Source: a virus. From it: a stretch of 64,000 nt of DNA. Within the stretch, counting starts at the first letter, position 1; each line of letters starts with the position of its first letter. Both the position numbers and the translations under genes were made by a program. The notes under the pieces were generated by a model, which ran no database searches, was not told the origin of the DNA, and worked only from the letters and a program-made list of their open reading frames with translations. The stretch covers positions 40,858 through 104,857 of the IMG/VR virus record IMGVR_UViG_3300025133_000042. The stretch is one strand, 5' to 3'. Of this stretch, positions 26,425 to 36,873 are shown in pieces.

Positions 26425-27612
26425 CTATAAATAGGCCGATAAGTTCTTTAAGTCCCCGTAATTTTTACCGGCGCTTAAACTAGCTCTAAACTTGCCAAAC
26501 TGTGTATCAGAGAATATTTCAATCATGTCTTTTAGAATATCGCGGTCTGAATCACTGAAGTCGATAACAGCACTATCATGCACACAAAAAGAAATATACG
26601 ACTTTCTACCTTTTAACATTTTATCAATTTTCATAAGCTGTGTCAAGAACAAATCGCTTGTTGTGCTCTGAACAAGATAGTTCAGCGCTTTGTGATCTGT
26701 TGCCGCTATTCTTCTTCCGAATGGTGTGTGGACAAACCCATCGTAATAATACTCATCTAAAACCTGCTCTCTGCTAAAAACCGCTTCAAGCTTCTTGTTG
26801 GAAGCTTTCGGGTTGTAAAGCCATGCAAAGACTTTCTTTTTAACCTCATCCCTTGTTTTCTTGCCCTTAAAGACAGTTTCCCCAATCCACTCATGGATGT
26901 CCCCTTCAGGCTGGGAAGCGCCGTTAAGGGCCAATAAAGTGCGTAATTCGGCGGCATTATAGTCAATCTCGACAAACCAATCGTTGTTAGGCCGGATAAC
27001 ATGGCGATGTCGCTTATCTAGCGTCAGAATAGGAAAGCTGGATGTCTTTGTCGTGAGCCTTCCGGTGGTACTTTTCCACTGATCATACAAGATACTCGCT
27101 TGGCCAGAGTCAATTTTGTTTTTCAACTTACGACCGGTCAAACTAGCCAGATTTATATCCTTTGCTGAGAGATTTAATCTCTGATTCGACATTTTTGTCA
27201 CCATTCTTGCTAGATCAACAAGAAAATCATAATTTTCTGGCTTTTCGATTGTGTCAAAGACGTGCTTGGAGATTTTATTTTTCATTTCGCAAAGCTTAAT
27301 TAAGTAATTTTTTGGCACCAAATCGTAAAAACAAACATCATTCAAATCAACCTTACAAGTTGCAAAAGCTTTAATAAAAGCCATTCCTTTTTTGTGCAAG
27401 ATATCGTATTCATCCTTGAGATCGACGGGGCATGCTTGCTGAAGGCTGCTTCCCAGAGACCAAATATGCGCATACAAAATTTCTTCGCCTTGAACGTGTT
27501 CAGTGTATGCCCAAGTTTTTTGCAAATCTAGATCGGTGGTGTCATAATGCAGCTCGTTGTTGCAATAAACGGCATGACATTCTTGCTTTTCGTCAAATGC
27601 TTGAAAAAACAT
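26425..27612 (-). CDS. Minimal family A DNA polymerase (palm/fingers)
   Basis: TTGRL, motif A IDYNAAELR, motif B R..VK..VFAWLY, TPFGRR, NYLVQS, motif C VHDS; only 395 aa. Confidence 0.85.
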   Translation of the reverse strand: MFFQAFDEKQECHAVYCNNELHYDTTDLDLQKTWAYTEHVQGEEILYAHIWSLGSSLQQACPVDLKDEYDILHKKGMAFIKAFATCKVDLNDVCFYDLVPKNYLIKLCEMKNKISKHVFDTIEKPENYDFLVDLARMVTKMSNQRLNLSAKDINLASLTGRKLKNKIDSGQASILYDQWKSTTGRLTTKTSSFPILTLDKRHRHVIRPNNDWFVEIDYNAAELRTLLALNGASQPEGDIHEWIGETVFKGKKTRDEVKKKVFAWLYNPKASNKKLEAVFSREQVLDEYYYDGFVHTPFGRRIAATDHKALNYLVQSTTSDLFLTQLMKIDKMLKGRKSYISFCVHDSAVIDFSDSDRDILKDMIEIFSDTQFGKFRASLSAGKNYGDLKNLSAYL

Positions 27613-27688
27613 CTTTCTCCTTACTTTGAAGGCCTATCTGCGACTGATGCTGCAGCGATGTGGAGGCCAGAAAACCACTCAGACACCT

Positions 27689-29236
27689 CTAATAGCCGCC
27701 TGGTGACTGGCCAGAAGTATTGCTAGGTGCAACTGAAGGCGTCATTGCTGCCTCCAACAGGTCGTCTCCGGCCGGCGGTTCGGAGAACTGCTCATCGTCG
27801 ACTTCCTGAGCGGTTTGATCATGAAAAGGGCCCTTTCGGGGGGTGTGTCTTGATAGTTCATCATAAACTATAAGATCGCGGACGGCCTTCGTAAAGAATC
27901 CAGTTTTAATATTTTGCTTCTTGCGATATGCATTGATGTCAAATAATATTTTTTTAACAGTTTTTTGGAATCCGTAGGCCCTATAATACGACATTAGTCT
28001 CCCAAGATCGGAAGCTATTTTAGCTGGCTCAATTTTTATCTTATGTTCAGCCACTTTAATCTGATAATAAAAATTTAACCAGAATTTATCATCGTAATCG
28101 ATATAATATGCGGAGTTGGTACGGAGATTTCGTTCTTCGTCAAATGCGCGCATGGGCGTTCTTGTCGCCTTGCCAACTTTTAATGTCTCGGTACCGTTGA
28201 TGTGGCATCTTCTGGTGTATGGAACGTCAACATCTGGCATGAAACCAACGTAATTGTTGTAAAAAGCCACCATGTGAAACTTTAATAACTCCACATCAAT
28301 CCTGAAAGCATCTTTGTATATTCTCTTCATTAATGATTTCATGGTTAAGTCATCACCGAGCATAATTTGCTTTTGTGCGCCGGCGCGCATCTTCGGGTGA
28401 TTTAAATTTGCCACCAGGCGCCAAGGGATGTTCTTATCAACCATAAAGCCATGAGTCGTTGCCATTCTTTTGTAAATTGGAAAGAGCGGAGATATAAAGA
28501 AGTTTGAAAATTTATTTGCATCATCATCGTAGTCAGACTGATTTACTTCTATTGTGCAGCCGTTTACATTCATTGGGCAATATGCAGACTGTATGAAAGA
28601 GCTGAATGTTATAGGTATATCTCTGGCAGCTAAGTGACAAAAATCTATGAAATGCTTAACAAAGTGTTCAAAAATTAATATTTTTGAATGCTGGTTTGAT
28701 AAATAATCCGTCGTAAGGGCGCGATACAAAGTCGACATATGCTCGTGGTACAGAATCGAAGGGGATTGCCAAGCTTTCGAAACGTTCAAAGGAAACATAG
28801 ATTGTTCTTCTAGCGCGTCGATGGGCAGAAAGCCGCCTGCTTTACGAATATAACTTTCAGCGTTAACCACCATCTCTTCAAACAGATCAACAACATAATT
28901 TATAGCGAAAAGATCCTGGCTGACGGCAGAGGTAAACTGCTTTAAATATATCATATCTGACAAGTGTATGGGCATGCCAGCAGGGTCGACCTTACCAAAC
29001 TCAGTTGTGGTATTCCATGTGTCGATTAGACCAAAGTCTTCACCTTCGATCTGCTGAAATGCCTTTTCTTTGTAATATAGCCTCTCTTCAAACAGCAAGC
29101 CTGAATCAAGATAATTGACGCCAACTGGCAAATCTCTTTCTTCATCAAATGGCCTTGCGCCGCGGTCGGCTAATATCCTTTCTTCTTCGAAGGCCAATTC
29201 GGGAGATGCTTCATATATTTTTACATTATCACTCAT
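27689..29236 (-). CDS. Hypothetical protein at the end of the baseplate module
   Basis: 515-aa ORF, GFMVDKNIPWRLVANL. Confidence 0.7.
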   Translation of the reverse strand: MSDNVKIYEASPELAFEEERILADRGARPFDEERDLPVGVNYLDSGLLFEERLYYKEKAFQQIEGEDFGLIDTWNTTTEFGKVDPAGMPIHLSDMIYLKQFTSAVSQDLFAINYVVDLFEEMVVNAESYIRKAGGFLPIDALEEQSMFPLNVSKAWQSPSILYHEHMSTLYRALTTDYLSNQHSKILIFEHFVKHFIDFCHLAARDIPITFSSFIQSAYCPMNVNGCTIEVNQSDYDDDANKFSNFFISPLFPIYKRMATTHGFMVDKNIPWRLVANLNHPKMRAGAQKQIMLGDDLTMKSLMKRIYKDAFRIDVELLKFHMVAFYNNYVGFMPDVDVPYTRRCHINGTETLKVGKATRTPMRAFDEERNLRTNSAYYIDYDDKFWLNFYYQIKVAEHKIKIEPAKIASDLGRLMSYYRAYGFQKTVKKILFDINAYRKKQNIKTGFFTKAVRDLIVYDELSRHTPRKGPFHDQTAQEVDDEQFSEPPAGDDLLEAAMTPSVAPSNTSGQSPGGY

Positions 29237-29263
29237 ATTTCTTGAATTTCCTAAAATAGCTCG

Positions 29264-31945
29264 CTAAATGCCGACCACGTCGCTGACCGCGTCAACGGCG
29301 GCGTCCCACAGTCCGCCAGCCGGGGCATCTCCGGAGGGTTGCTCAGGGGCGGGCGCTGTAGCATCTGAGGTGCCTTGCAGCTTACCGGCGGCCATAAACA
29401 GTGCTTGGATCTTTGTAATAAACTCCGATGCCGTTATAATATAGTTAAGCTTGTTGCATTGGTAATACCCTCCGATGCCCAAGCGCTGAGATAGAGATTC
29501 AGCATCATTTGTATTTCCTAAACTCAAGGAAGACAGGTTAAAGAAAAAAGGATATCCAATTTTAAAAAAAGTATGCCCAAGCATCTCAAGAGTCAAATCA
29601 TATCTTGCGCCGCCTGAGATGTCGCCGCCTAATTTTGGCCGGCCATCCTTGGGGAAAGTAAGCGCCTCTGCCATGAATGGCTGCGTATTCGTGTCTATTG
29701 AGAACGTTTTAACTGGGGTGTCCGATGTGCCAGCAATAATATGATGAATGCCCTTGCCCTGGTCGGAAGAAGCATCGCCACTTAAGCCCGTAAAAACATA
29801 ATTCGGAATATATATCAAATTGTATTCTTTAGTTTTGACCAGGCTGACGGAGGTCGAGAGATACGAAAGGTTGTTTAGTTTCATTCTTGCGTAGCTCTCA
29901 TCAATATAATTTTGGCCCGTGCGGCCGTCGGCGGTGGCGTAGCCCAGACAAGGGTCGTCCGGACCATGTTTCTTGATGCTGATAGGCATGCTATGAGCAT
30001 ATTGGACATTCTGACCAGAGGATTCTAGACGACATGTCTCGCCGAGGGCGCCTGGGAGCACTGATTTATTTAATAGGTGCACAAAATCTCTAAAAAGGAG
30101 GTTCCCTCTGGCCGGCTTAATAAATTTATTTGTCATGAAGTCGATAAAGAAATCAACAGAAATTGGAATGTCCGCAATGTTTGCGCCAGATCGGGGATTT
30201 GACTGGCCGGCGCAGGATTCAGTTCTTAGCAACACAGGGCCTAGAATAGGCGTCGGAAAAGTATCCATTCGGCCGCCCTTGACATACTCCTCGTGGAACG
30301 GTCCGTCGGGCTTCCTAAGGATATTTAATGCAACCTCTAGAATATCGCCATAATGAAAAAAGGAAATATCCATAAATTTATCAGATTCAAACTCGGGATG
30401 GGCATCGCCTAGGGCGACTTCGACAGCCTTGGTGGCTTTTTCTAGTTTTTCGGGACTTGCGCTGGTCGAATAATGTATAGAAAACTTGCCATTTATATCC
30501 TCAAGCTTCTTCGTCCGCTTCGAGGTGGCATCGTCGCCCGACTGGCCTTTGGTTTTTTCTTCTATCACGGCTTGGAGCTGGCGGGCGGCATCAAGTTTGC
30601 CCTCAACGGCAGAGTTGCCAGATGCGACAGTGGCGGCGCCTAAGAGTTTATTATAGACTGCGCATTCATCGGCTGCCAACTTTCTAACATCTTGGCTTTG
30701 TAAATTTTCTCCCTTCGCTATTGCTCCCAATAATGCAGTCGGAACTGTAATCACCTTTATATAAGATCTCTGGGGAGAGGTTTGTTTATATTTATTTCCT
30801 GCGTTAAACAACTCTTGCATAAATCTTGACATAGCCTCGTCTTTTAAGTTGTTTGTGGCTTTCGATATAAGATTGTTATATCTTTTTATATCCTCCTGGT
30901 CGGCGGCGTCGACCTTCGACCCCCTGGCCCGGGCTTCGCTTTTTACTTCTTCAATATTTTTCCGAAGAATATTAATGCGCTTCTGCTCGTCGGCAGTCAT
31001 CATCAAGTCCGTTCGAGGGTCTCTATAAATGCCATCCACGGCGCCGTTATAGGTCATTTCAAGCTCGACGGAGCCATCTTCGTTAAAAGACAGTTGGTGT
31101 TCCCGCAAATGAAGTCTAAGGACCCGTTTAGACTTCTGTATGGCTTTTTTGATCTCTTTAAATTTTCCTCTAGAAACTCCAATCTTTGAAGGATCTAGCT
31201 TTGGTATTTTATACCCAACATGCAAAATTGCCTGAGTATCCAAGGGGTCATATCCTTTTTCCGTGTTTATGCTTCTGGTCACCAAATCAGAATAAGGCTT
31301 GCCAGATGCGGTACCGGCTTTAGATGTGAACGTTCCAAAACTCTTAAAAAACAATTTGACTTTCACAACTAGAGTATTGCCTTCTTCGGCTGGCTGGCTT
31401 GTGAGATCCTCAATCTGCACCTCTAAAATTCCAGCATCAGTGCCTTTTTTCTCCGATATTGATCGCCCGGGCCCGGTACGGCCTTTCTGAGAGCCTGGCA
31501 TGTTGGCTAGCGTGTCGCTACTATCAAAAAAGTATTCGTGCTTGACATTATTCCTATCGACTCCAAACAGCCTGATCTCTGGCACCATATGCGATATTAA
31601 AGGAGAGGGCATCTTAAAGAATGAGCTGGCTTCTTTTACTTTATGAATATAGCTGATCATTCCAGCTGGATTTTGCGAATCCATCATAATAAAGTTGCGA
31701 TATAAATTTTTCTTATTTTTTGTACGTGGGTTTTCCACCAAAGGAGAGCGCCCAAAAAGAGCTGCCAGCACACATTGCGCGTGCTCCAGCCTTGTTTTTC
31801 GAACAACGTCTTCGTCCGTCGTAGTTTTGGCGCCTTTTTCCTTGGCTGCCAGGCTGCGAGCTTTTTTATCTTTTTCCACACCAGCTCGCACTTCAGCGGC
31901 CTCAGCGGCATCGTCGGCACCGGCCAGGTCCTCGTCGCTAATCAT
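29264..31945 (-). CDS. Baseplate hub-like protein
   Basis: Position after the LysM/tail-X gene; C-terminal LEMLGHTFFKIG...GIGGYY pattern of gp27/D-like hubs. Confidence 0.6.
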   Translation of the reverse strand: MISDEDLAGADDAAEAAEVRAGVEKDKKARSLAAKEKGAKTTTDEDVVRKTRLEHAQCVLAALFGRSPLVENPRTKNKKNLYRNFIMMDSQNPAGMISYIHKVKEASSFFKMPSPLISHMVPEIRLFGVDRNNVKHEYFFDSSDTLANMPGSQKGRTGPGRSISEKKGTDAGILEVQIEDLTSQPAEEGNTLVVKVKLFFKSFGTFTSKAGTASGKPYSDLVTRSINTEKGYDPLDTQAILHVGYKIPKLDPSKIGVSRGKFKEIKKAIQKSKRVLRLHLREHQLSFNEDGSVELEMTYNGAVDGIYRDPRTDLMMTADEQKRINILRKNIEEVKSEARARGSKVDAADQEDIKRYNNLISKATNNLKDEAMSRFMQELFNAGNKYKQTSPQRSYIKVITVPTALLGAIAKGENLQSQDVRKLAADECAVYNKLLGAATVASGNSAVEGKLDAARQLQAVIEEKTKGQSGDDATSKRTKKLEDINGKFSIHYSTSASPEKLEKATKAVEVALGDAHPEFESDKFMDISFFHYGDILEVALNILRKPDGPFHEEYVKGGRMDTFPTPILGPVLLRTESCAGQSNPRSGANIADIPISVDFFIDFMTNKFIKPARGNLLFRDFVHLLNKSVLPGALGETCRLESSGQNVQYAHSMPISIKKHGPDDPCLGYATADGRTGQNYIDESYARMKLNNLSYLSTSVSLVKTKEYNLIYIPNYVFTGLSGDASSDQGKGIHHIIAGTSDTPVKTFSIDTNTQPFMAEALTFPKDGRPKLGGDISGGARYDLTLEMLGHTFFKIGYPFFFNLSSLSLGNTNDAESLSQRLGIGGYYQCNKLNYIITASEFITKIQALFMAAGKLQGTSDATAPAPEQPSGDAPAGGLWDAAVDAVSDVVGI

Positions 31946-31946
31946 T

Positions 31947-32291
31947 TTAATACCCCATGTAGTCTAAAATATACTCTAAAGGCAGAGGAATGTTAATTAT
32001 ATCTCCAGGAGATAGTAGAAATTCAGCCGGCTTTTTGTTGAAAGCAGCGATGACCCACCACATTTCAGGATCATCGTAAAATTGAGCAGCCAATTTTTCA
32101 AATCTATCTCCCATCTCCCATGGCCTTGTCACAATATTTAAAGTTTGGATTTCTCCTTGTGTTGGATATCTGATGGTTGGGCTTCGATACTGGAGGATGG
32201 AGTTTCGGCCAAGACGTCGCCGGAAATCCTCATATATAACACTCCTGTTCCTCTTTACTCTTCTGTTGTTAAATCTAGATATAATGCCCAT
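31947..32291 (-). CDS. LysM/tail-X (gp53-like) baseplate protein
   Basis: GDRFEKLAAQFYDDPEMWWVIAAFN...GDIINIP. Confidence 0.85.
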   Translation of the reverse strand: MGIISRFNNRRVKRNRSVIYEDFRRRLGRNSILQYRSPTIRYPTQGEIQTLNIVTRPWEMGDRFEKLAAQFYDDPEMWWVIAAFNKKPAEFLLSPGDIINIPLPLEYILDYMGY

Positions 32292-32309
32292 CTTTTATTT
32301 ACCTTATGG

Positions 32310-33098
32310 TTAGTTGACCGTGCTCTGGTGTTTAGGCAGCGACCGGTCGACGTCGGTGCCGCCGCTGGAGCCCCCAATCACCGCGTCAGCTCTTGCTTGT
32401 GCAACGGCGTCGCCGGTGACGCCAGTATCCGCGGTGGGGGTCGTCGGGCCGGCCGTATTTGGACCACCTTTCCAGCCAGTATCAGAGAAAGTACTAATAG
32501 CGTGGCCATCTTCGCCCCAGCCGCGTGCCTTTCCTGCGTGCAGGGGCTTAAATGTAACTGACAATTTTATTAGTTTTGGATAAAACTTGCTTCCTTCATA
32601 GAACATGCCCGGCTCCATCTCTGGAGTAAAATTAAGTCCAGGTATTATTCCCAACAAAAGACCATTAGTGCCCTGCTCATCTTCAATCAGATTATTAAAT
32701 TTGATCTGAAACAAGGGAGCTGTGGATATAATATAATGATCTCCGGCACCTGCGTGAGCATAAGAAGGATATAACAGCGACTGAAGTCGCTTAACTTTTT
32801 GTAAGTTCTCCTGCGCCGTGGTGGCATCTTCAGCGGGGATATCGATCGCAAAATCTATCTGCCTTTTTGTATTTTGAAAGGAATATATTGGGTCCATGCG
32901 ACCATAAGTGTTGGTTTCGACGAACTCCGCCGTGACGTTGTCACTAAAGCTGGTTAGAAATGCAGGAAAAATAATTGGCTCATCATAAAGACCCCGCGGA
33001 TTGTGGAACTCTATCACCTGGCCGGCCGCGATGAGAGCCGTGACGTTAGCGCGGGACTGGGCCGCGTCCATCTTACCTTTTATAGTACCTAAACTCAT
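32310..33098 (-). CDS. Tail tube initiator / baseplate protein
   Basis: FPAFLTSFSD, YGRMDPIYSFQNTKR, LYPSY; directly follows tape measure. Confidence 0.7.
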   Translation of the reverse strand: MSLGTIKGKMDAAQSRANVTALIAAGQVIEFHNPRGLYDEPIIFPAFLTSFSDNVTAEFVETNTYGRMDPIYSFQNTKRQIDFAIDIPAEDATTAQENLQKVKRLQSLLYPSYAHAGAGDHYIISTAPLFQIKFNNLIEDEQGTNGLLLGIIPGLNFTPEMEPGMFYEGSKFYPKLIKLSVTFKPLHAGKARGWGEDGHAISTFSDTGWKGGPNTAGPTTPTADTGVTGDAVAQARADAVIGGSSGGTDVDRSLPKHQSTVN

Positions 33099-33104
33099 TA
33101 AATG

Positions 33105-36100
33105 TTATCCCGTTATTTGAGAGCCTCCAGTAATACGTAGTTTGCGATCTATTTCCGGCTTCAATTCTTCAATAATTCCTTTGGCAAAAGCCTTTCGGCC
33201 GTCGCGATCCATATATAAGTTAAGCGTGCGTGCGCTGCCGCCTGCAGCCGGCGCAGTTGTAGTATCTGCGGACTTTTCAGCGTTCAGGCCGATCAATTCT
33301 CCAATCATGTTTCCTATTTGCGTAAACACGCCACTTTCGGCTGCTGCAGCTGCCTCGGCCAGGCGGGCGGTCTCTCGCATCATTTCCGCAATGCCTGCTG
33401 ATTGCTCTGGCGAAGAGGCTGCGGTGGCCTCCACGACGCCACGTACGTGCGCCATCGTCTCGGATGTATCAGGCGTGAAAGAGCCGATCTCTTTCATCGT
33501 CATTCCTATTGTCAGCATATTGAAGGCGTTGAGCTTGTTAACAACCTCAACGAGCCGCTCAAATTCGCTAACCATGAGAGATAACGTGCTAATTTCAACT
33601 AGATCTGCCATTCCAAAGGTCTCAAGAACAGCGTTGAGATCTGTCAATCTCCCAATCATCGAGCCTAGAACATCGTTTTGCTGTGTAAACGACAGAGCCA
33701 TCAATGCCGCGCCGGTGCCGGCAGCGAGCATACCTGCTGCTATGGCGGCTAGCATGGGCAACGTCACAATAGATGTCACTGAAAAAGCCAATAAGGCTGC
33801 GTCTAAAGCTAAAATGCCGGCCGAAAAGGCTAAAAGGCCCGGGCCGGCGAGAGCGGCGCCGATACCAGCAAGAACAGTGGCTCCGGCAAGAAGAGCAACG
33901 CCGGCTGCGGCTGTGATCGCAGTAATCGTGATTCCCAGTAGGGCCAATGCAACGAGGCCAAGGCTGGCTGCGAGACCAACCATGGACGCAGCTGCGGCTG
34001 CAGTGCCCTTAGCTAGCGCCATCATGGCCGTGGCTGAGAGAGAAATGCCAGGGGCGCCAACTTTAGAAGCTATACCTAATGCAACCATAGCTCCTGCCAG
34101 TATGCCTAATCCAATGTACAAGGGCGGAGAGAACATCGGCAACAGAATAACAGCTGCAAGAGCTAACAAAATGCCTGTCGCGAGCATCAGCTTCACGCCC
34201 AAAGAGGCCGAAGCCAAGCCTAGTACACTAAAGGCACCGGAGAGCGCATAAGAGGCAGCTGCCATGGCGTATTCAGCTGCAATCGCGAGGCCCCTTTGGA
34301 TTATGGAAAATCCTCTAACTATAATCCCGCGAGATTCCGCTGCAGTCTCAAGTCCGGTGGCTGCGGTGCTGGCCCCTTTGGCGCCGATGCCGAGCCAAGA
34401 CTGGGCCCTTTCTGAAATACGACTCAAAATGCCCTGTTTTCTCACAGTATCTGCAGAAAGCTCTGCTGCAGCTTCGGTGCCTATAGCCAGAGCCGCGGCG
34501 ACCCTTGAGGCGGCTTGCTTATCTGTCGCAGCGCTTTCAAGGCTGCGTGTTCCGGTCCGGACGAGATCTTCGGCTGCGCCGGCGCCTTCGACGCCGGCCT
34601 CAGTAGCCGATGCTGCCATTGAAGCGATAGTCGACGCGGTGAGCTTATCGATGGCTTTTGTTAGGGTGCCGACGCCGGTCACCTTTGCAAACATGCCTGC
34701 GGTGGCCCAGGCGGTCGCCTTCGCGAACAAGAGCATACTGCCGATGGCGGCGGCGAGACCGGTGACGATCACAATCCATGGAGATTCATCAAAATAATCA
34801 ACAAAAGCAATGAAGGCATCTAAAAGGCCGCCGACCAAGCCCATGAGAGGCCCGATGGCGATCGTAAATCTCTCAAGCGCGGAGTTCCATTTTGCTCCAA
34901 ATGAGGCGGACGCTTTAGCAAGTTCCTTCATCCTTTCTGGGCTCATCTTCAGGCCTTCGACCTCGCTCATTTGAGCGTCCAGCTCAGCAGTGGACATACC
35001 CAGCAGCTGATTCGCTTTCGCCATATCAGTGATGCCAAGTTTGGCAGCAATAGCTTTTTGCTCATACTTGCTCAACGAGCTGAAAGACATATTTGCGGCT
35101 TCCATGGACCCAACAAGCAACCTAATTCTTTCTTCCTCGGAAGCTCCAACCATTTGCAAAGAATTTAAATATTGACCGCCTAAAATAGCGTTCAATCCTG
35201 ACACAGCTTCAGCTGCGCCTTGAAAAGTGTCAAACTGCTCAGTTATTCCAAGCAAGTCTGAAGTTGACATGCCGGCAACTTTTGCTGCAGCTGCAACGCC
35301 CAAAAACACCTTTTTAGCGCCGGCGCCATATACAGCCAAAGTCGACAAGCTATCTTGGAACTCTTTTTGCAGTCTGTCTTGTTCGCCATACAGCTTACTC
35401 GATGCAGCGGTGAGGTCCATTGTCATTTGTATGGCGTCATCCGTGGTCATATTAAGCGCTGTCGTTGATTCGTTTAATAGCCTAGCACTTGTTTCGCCAG
35501 ACACGCCGATAGCATCAAGCTGAACAACGACATTTTTTAGGTGTTTTCGGGCGTCGGGGGCCACAGTGGAGAAGGCCCTGAAATTGCTCAGCAGGGCCGT
35601 TGTCGCTTTGGCGCCATCTTCCATAAGAACATGGAATTCTTTGTTTTCTACGTTGGTTGTGGTGATCATCTGGTGATATTCACCAGTCAGGCCTGTAGAT
35701 TTTGTAAAGTTGGCCAAAAGCTCATCTTGCGTTTTGATGAGGTCAATTGTGTTCTGTGTCAATGAGGCCATTGCAGTGCTAAAGAGACCTGCGGGATGGA
35801 CGGCGCGGGCGAGGGAAACGCCGACTTGAGCGATTGATTGACCGGTGGCGGAGAGCATCTTTCTCATGTCGCCACCAGAGGCTTTTTCTATCTTACCAAA
35901 AACTGAGTTTTTATATGCGTCTGTTTTCAACATCACCAAGCCGGTGATACTGCTGATTTTGCTGTCGATGCCGTCAAGAGTGCCGTGAAGATCTTTGTTA
36001 AACTTGGCATGCTTAGCCAGCTCGCGACTTTGAATCTTGAGCATGGCAATTCTTTTATCGAGTTCTTCGTTGTGCTCGACGGCCTCGCCGGTCTTGTCGT

Positions 36101-36485
36101 ACGCGTCCTCAAGCTCTTTAACATTTGCCGCCAGCAGCTGCTGCTGGAAGTCCAGGTCTTTGTTCTTGGCGTCAAGGCGTCTTTGGAGGATGTTTTGTTC
36201 TATAGCATTTTGTTGCTGGATGTGGCTGCCCAAGGCCTGTTGCCTTTTTTCTTTTAGCTCGACGACCTCCAGCTGCTTTTCTAAGATACCCAAAAGATCT
36301 TTTTGATCTTTGATTTGTGCTCCCATGTCCGCGATTGATGACTCAGACACAGCTTGGCCTAGGGCGGCCTTCGAGGCTGCTTCGTCGAGAGGTGATTCGC
36401 CCGTATCTGCAGTTCCCTTCTTCGTACCCACAAGCTTTTCAAGTGCTGTTATAAGCCGACTTAGTTGTGCATCGTTGACCGCCAT
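33105..36485 (-). CDS. Tail tape measure protein
   Basis: 1126 aa, Ala-rich helical, hydrophobic C-terminal half, between chaperone and baseplate genes. Confidence 0.9.
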   Translation of the reverse strand: MAVNDAQLSRLITALEKLVGTKKGTADTGESPLDEAASKAALGQAVSESSIADMGAQIKDQKDLLGILEKQLEVVELKEKRQQALGSHIQQQNAIEQNILQRRLDAKNKDLDFQQQLLAANVKELEDAYDKTGEAVEHNEELDKRIAMLKIQSRELAKHAKFNKDLHGTLDGIDSKISSITGLVMLKTDAYKNSVFGKIEKASGGDMRKMLSATGQSIAQVGVSLARAVHPAGLFSTAMASLTQNTIDLIKTQDELLANFTKSTGLTGEYHQMITTTNVENKEFHVLMEDGAKATTALLSNFRAFSTVAPDARKHLKNVVVQLDAIGVSGETSARLLNESTTALNMTTDDAIQMTMDLTAASSKLYGEQDRLQKEFQDSLSTLAVYGAGAKKVFLGVAAAAKVAGMSTSDLLGITEQFDTFQGAAEAVSGLNAILGGQYLNSLQMVGASEEERIRLLVGSMEAANMSFSSLSKYEQKAIAAKLGITDMAKANQLLGMSTAELDAQMSEVEGLKMSPERMKELAKASASFGAKWNSALERFTIAIGPLMGLVGGLLDAFIAFVDYFDESPWIVIVTGLAAAIGSMLLFAKATAWATAGMFAKVTGVGTLTKAIDKLTASTIASMAASATEAGVEGAGAAEDLVRTGTRSLESAATDKQAASRVAAALAIGTEAAAELSADTVRKQGILSRISERAQSWLGIGAKGASTAATGLETAAESRGIIVRGFSIIQRGLAIAAEYAMAAASYALSGAFSVLGLASASLGVKLMLATGILLALAAVILLPMFSPPLYIGLGILAGAMVALGIASKVGAPGISLSATAMMALAKGTAAAAASMVGLAASLGLVALALLGITITAITAAAGVALLAGATVLAGIGAALAGPGLLAFSAGILALDAALLAFSVTSIVTLPMLAAIAAGMLAAGTGAALMALSFTQQNDVLGSMIGRLTDLNAVLETFGMADLVEISTLSLMVSEFERLVEVVNKLNAFNMLTIGMTMKEIGSFTPDTSETMAHVRGVVEATAASSPEQSAGIAEMMRETARLAEAAAAAESGVFTQIGNMIGELIGLNAEKSADTTTAPAAGGSARTLNLYMDRDGRKAFAKGIIEELKPEIDRKLRITGGSQITG

Positions 36486-36496
36486 CTAAAAAATAC

Positions 36497-36802
36497 CTAT
36501 TTAACTGGCCACCTCAGGCCTGTAACTTTCTCAAAAGCCGACACGGCGCGAGTGAGCATGCTAGCATTACGATGCGTCCTCGCATCTGCCAAACCATGCT
36601 TTATATATGCATCCATATATTTCTTTTCGCTCGACAAGGCTCTGCCAAAAGCTTCAACTTTTCTTTTTTCGCCTTTGATCATTGCTGTTATAGGGGCATT
36701 TCCAAACATTGAATCCAACATATAACGAATTTGTGCACCCATGAGCATCAATTTGCTCTCATTCATGGCGTCCAGATCTATAACTATTTGCTTGTCTTCC
36801 AT
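36497..36802 (-). CDS. Hypothetical protein
   Basis: 101 aa ending FEKVTGLRWPVK; late motif at 36825-36832. Confidence 0.75.
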   Translation of the reverse strand: MEDKQIVIDLDAMNESKLMLMGAQIRYMLDSMFGNAPITAMIKGEKRKVEAFGRALSSEKKYMDAYIKHGLADARTHRNASMLTRAVSAFEKVTGLRWPVK

Positions 36803-36841
36803 AAAATTTATCCTCTAACTAAGTTAATTAGTTATTTATAC

Positions 36842-36873
36842 AAAAAGAAAGCCGCTACTTGAGCGGCTTTCTT
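36842..36873 (-). terminator. Rho-independent terminator
   Basis: AAGAAAGCCGCT-CAAGT-AGCGGCTTTCTT-TTT. Confidence 0.8.

Noticed and set aside
27671-27690. AGAGGTGTCTGAGTGGTTT resembles the 5' arm/D-loop of a tRNA-Ser
   Set aside because: No anticodon arm, T-loop (GTTCRA) or complementary acceptor stem downstream.
33142-34797. Long plus-strand ORFs (369 and 177 aa) and the many other plus-strand ORFs in the track
   Set aside because: Antisense shadows of Ala-rich or GC-rich minus-strand genes such as the tape measure; no motifs or convincing start signals.
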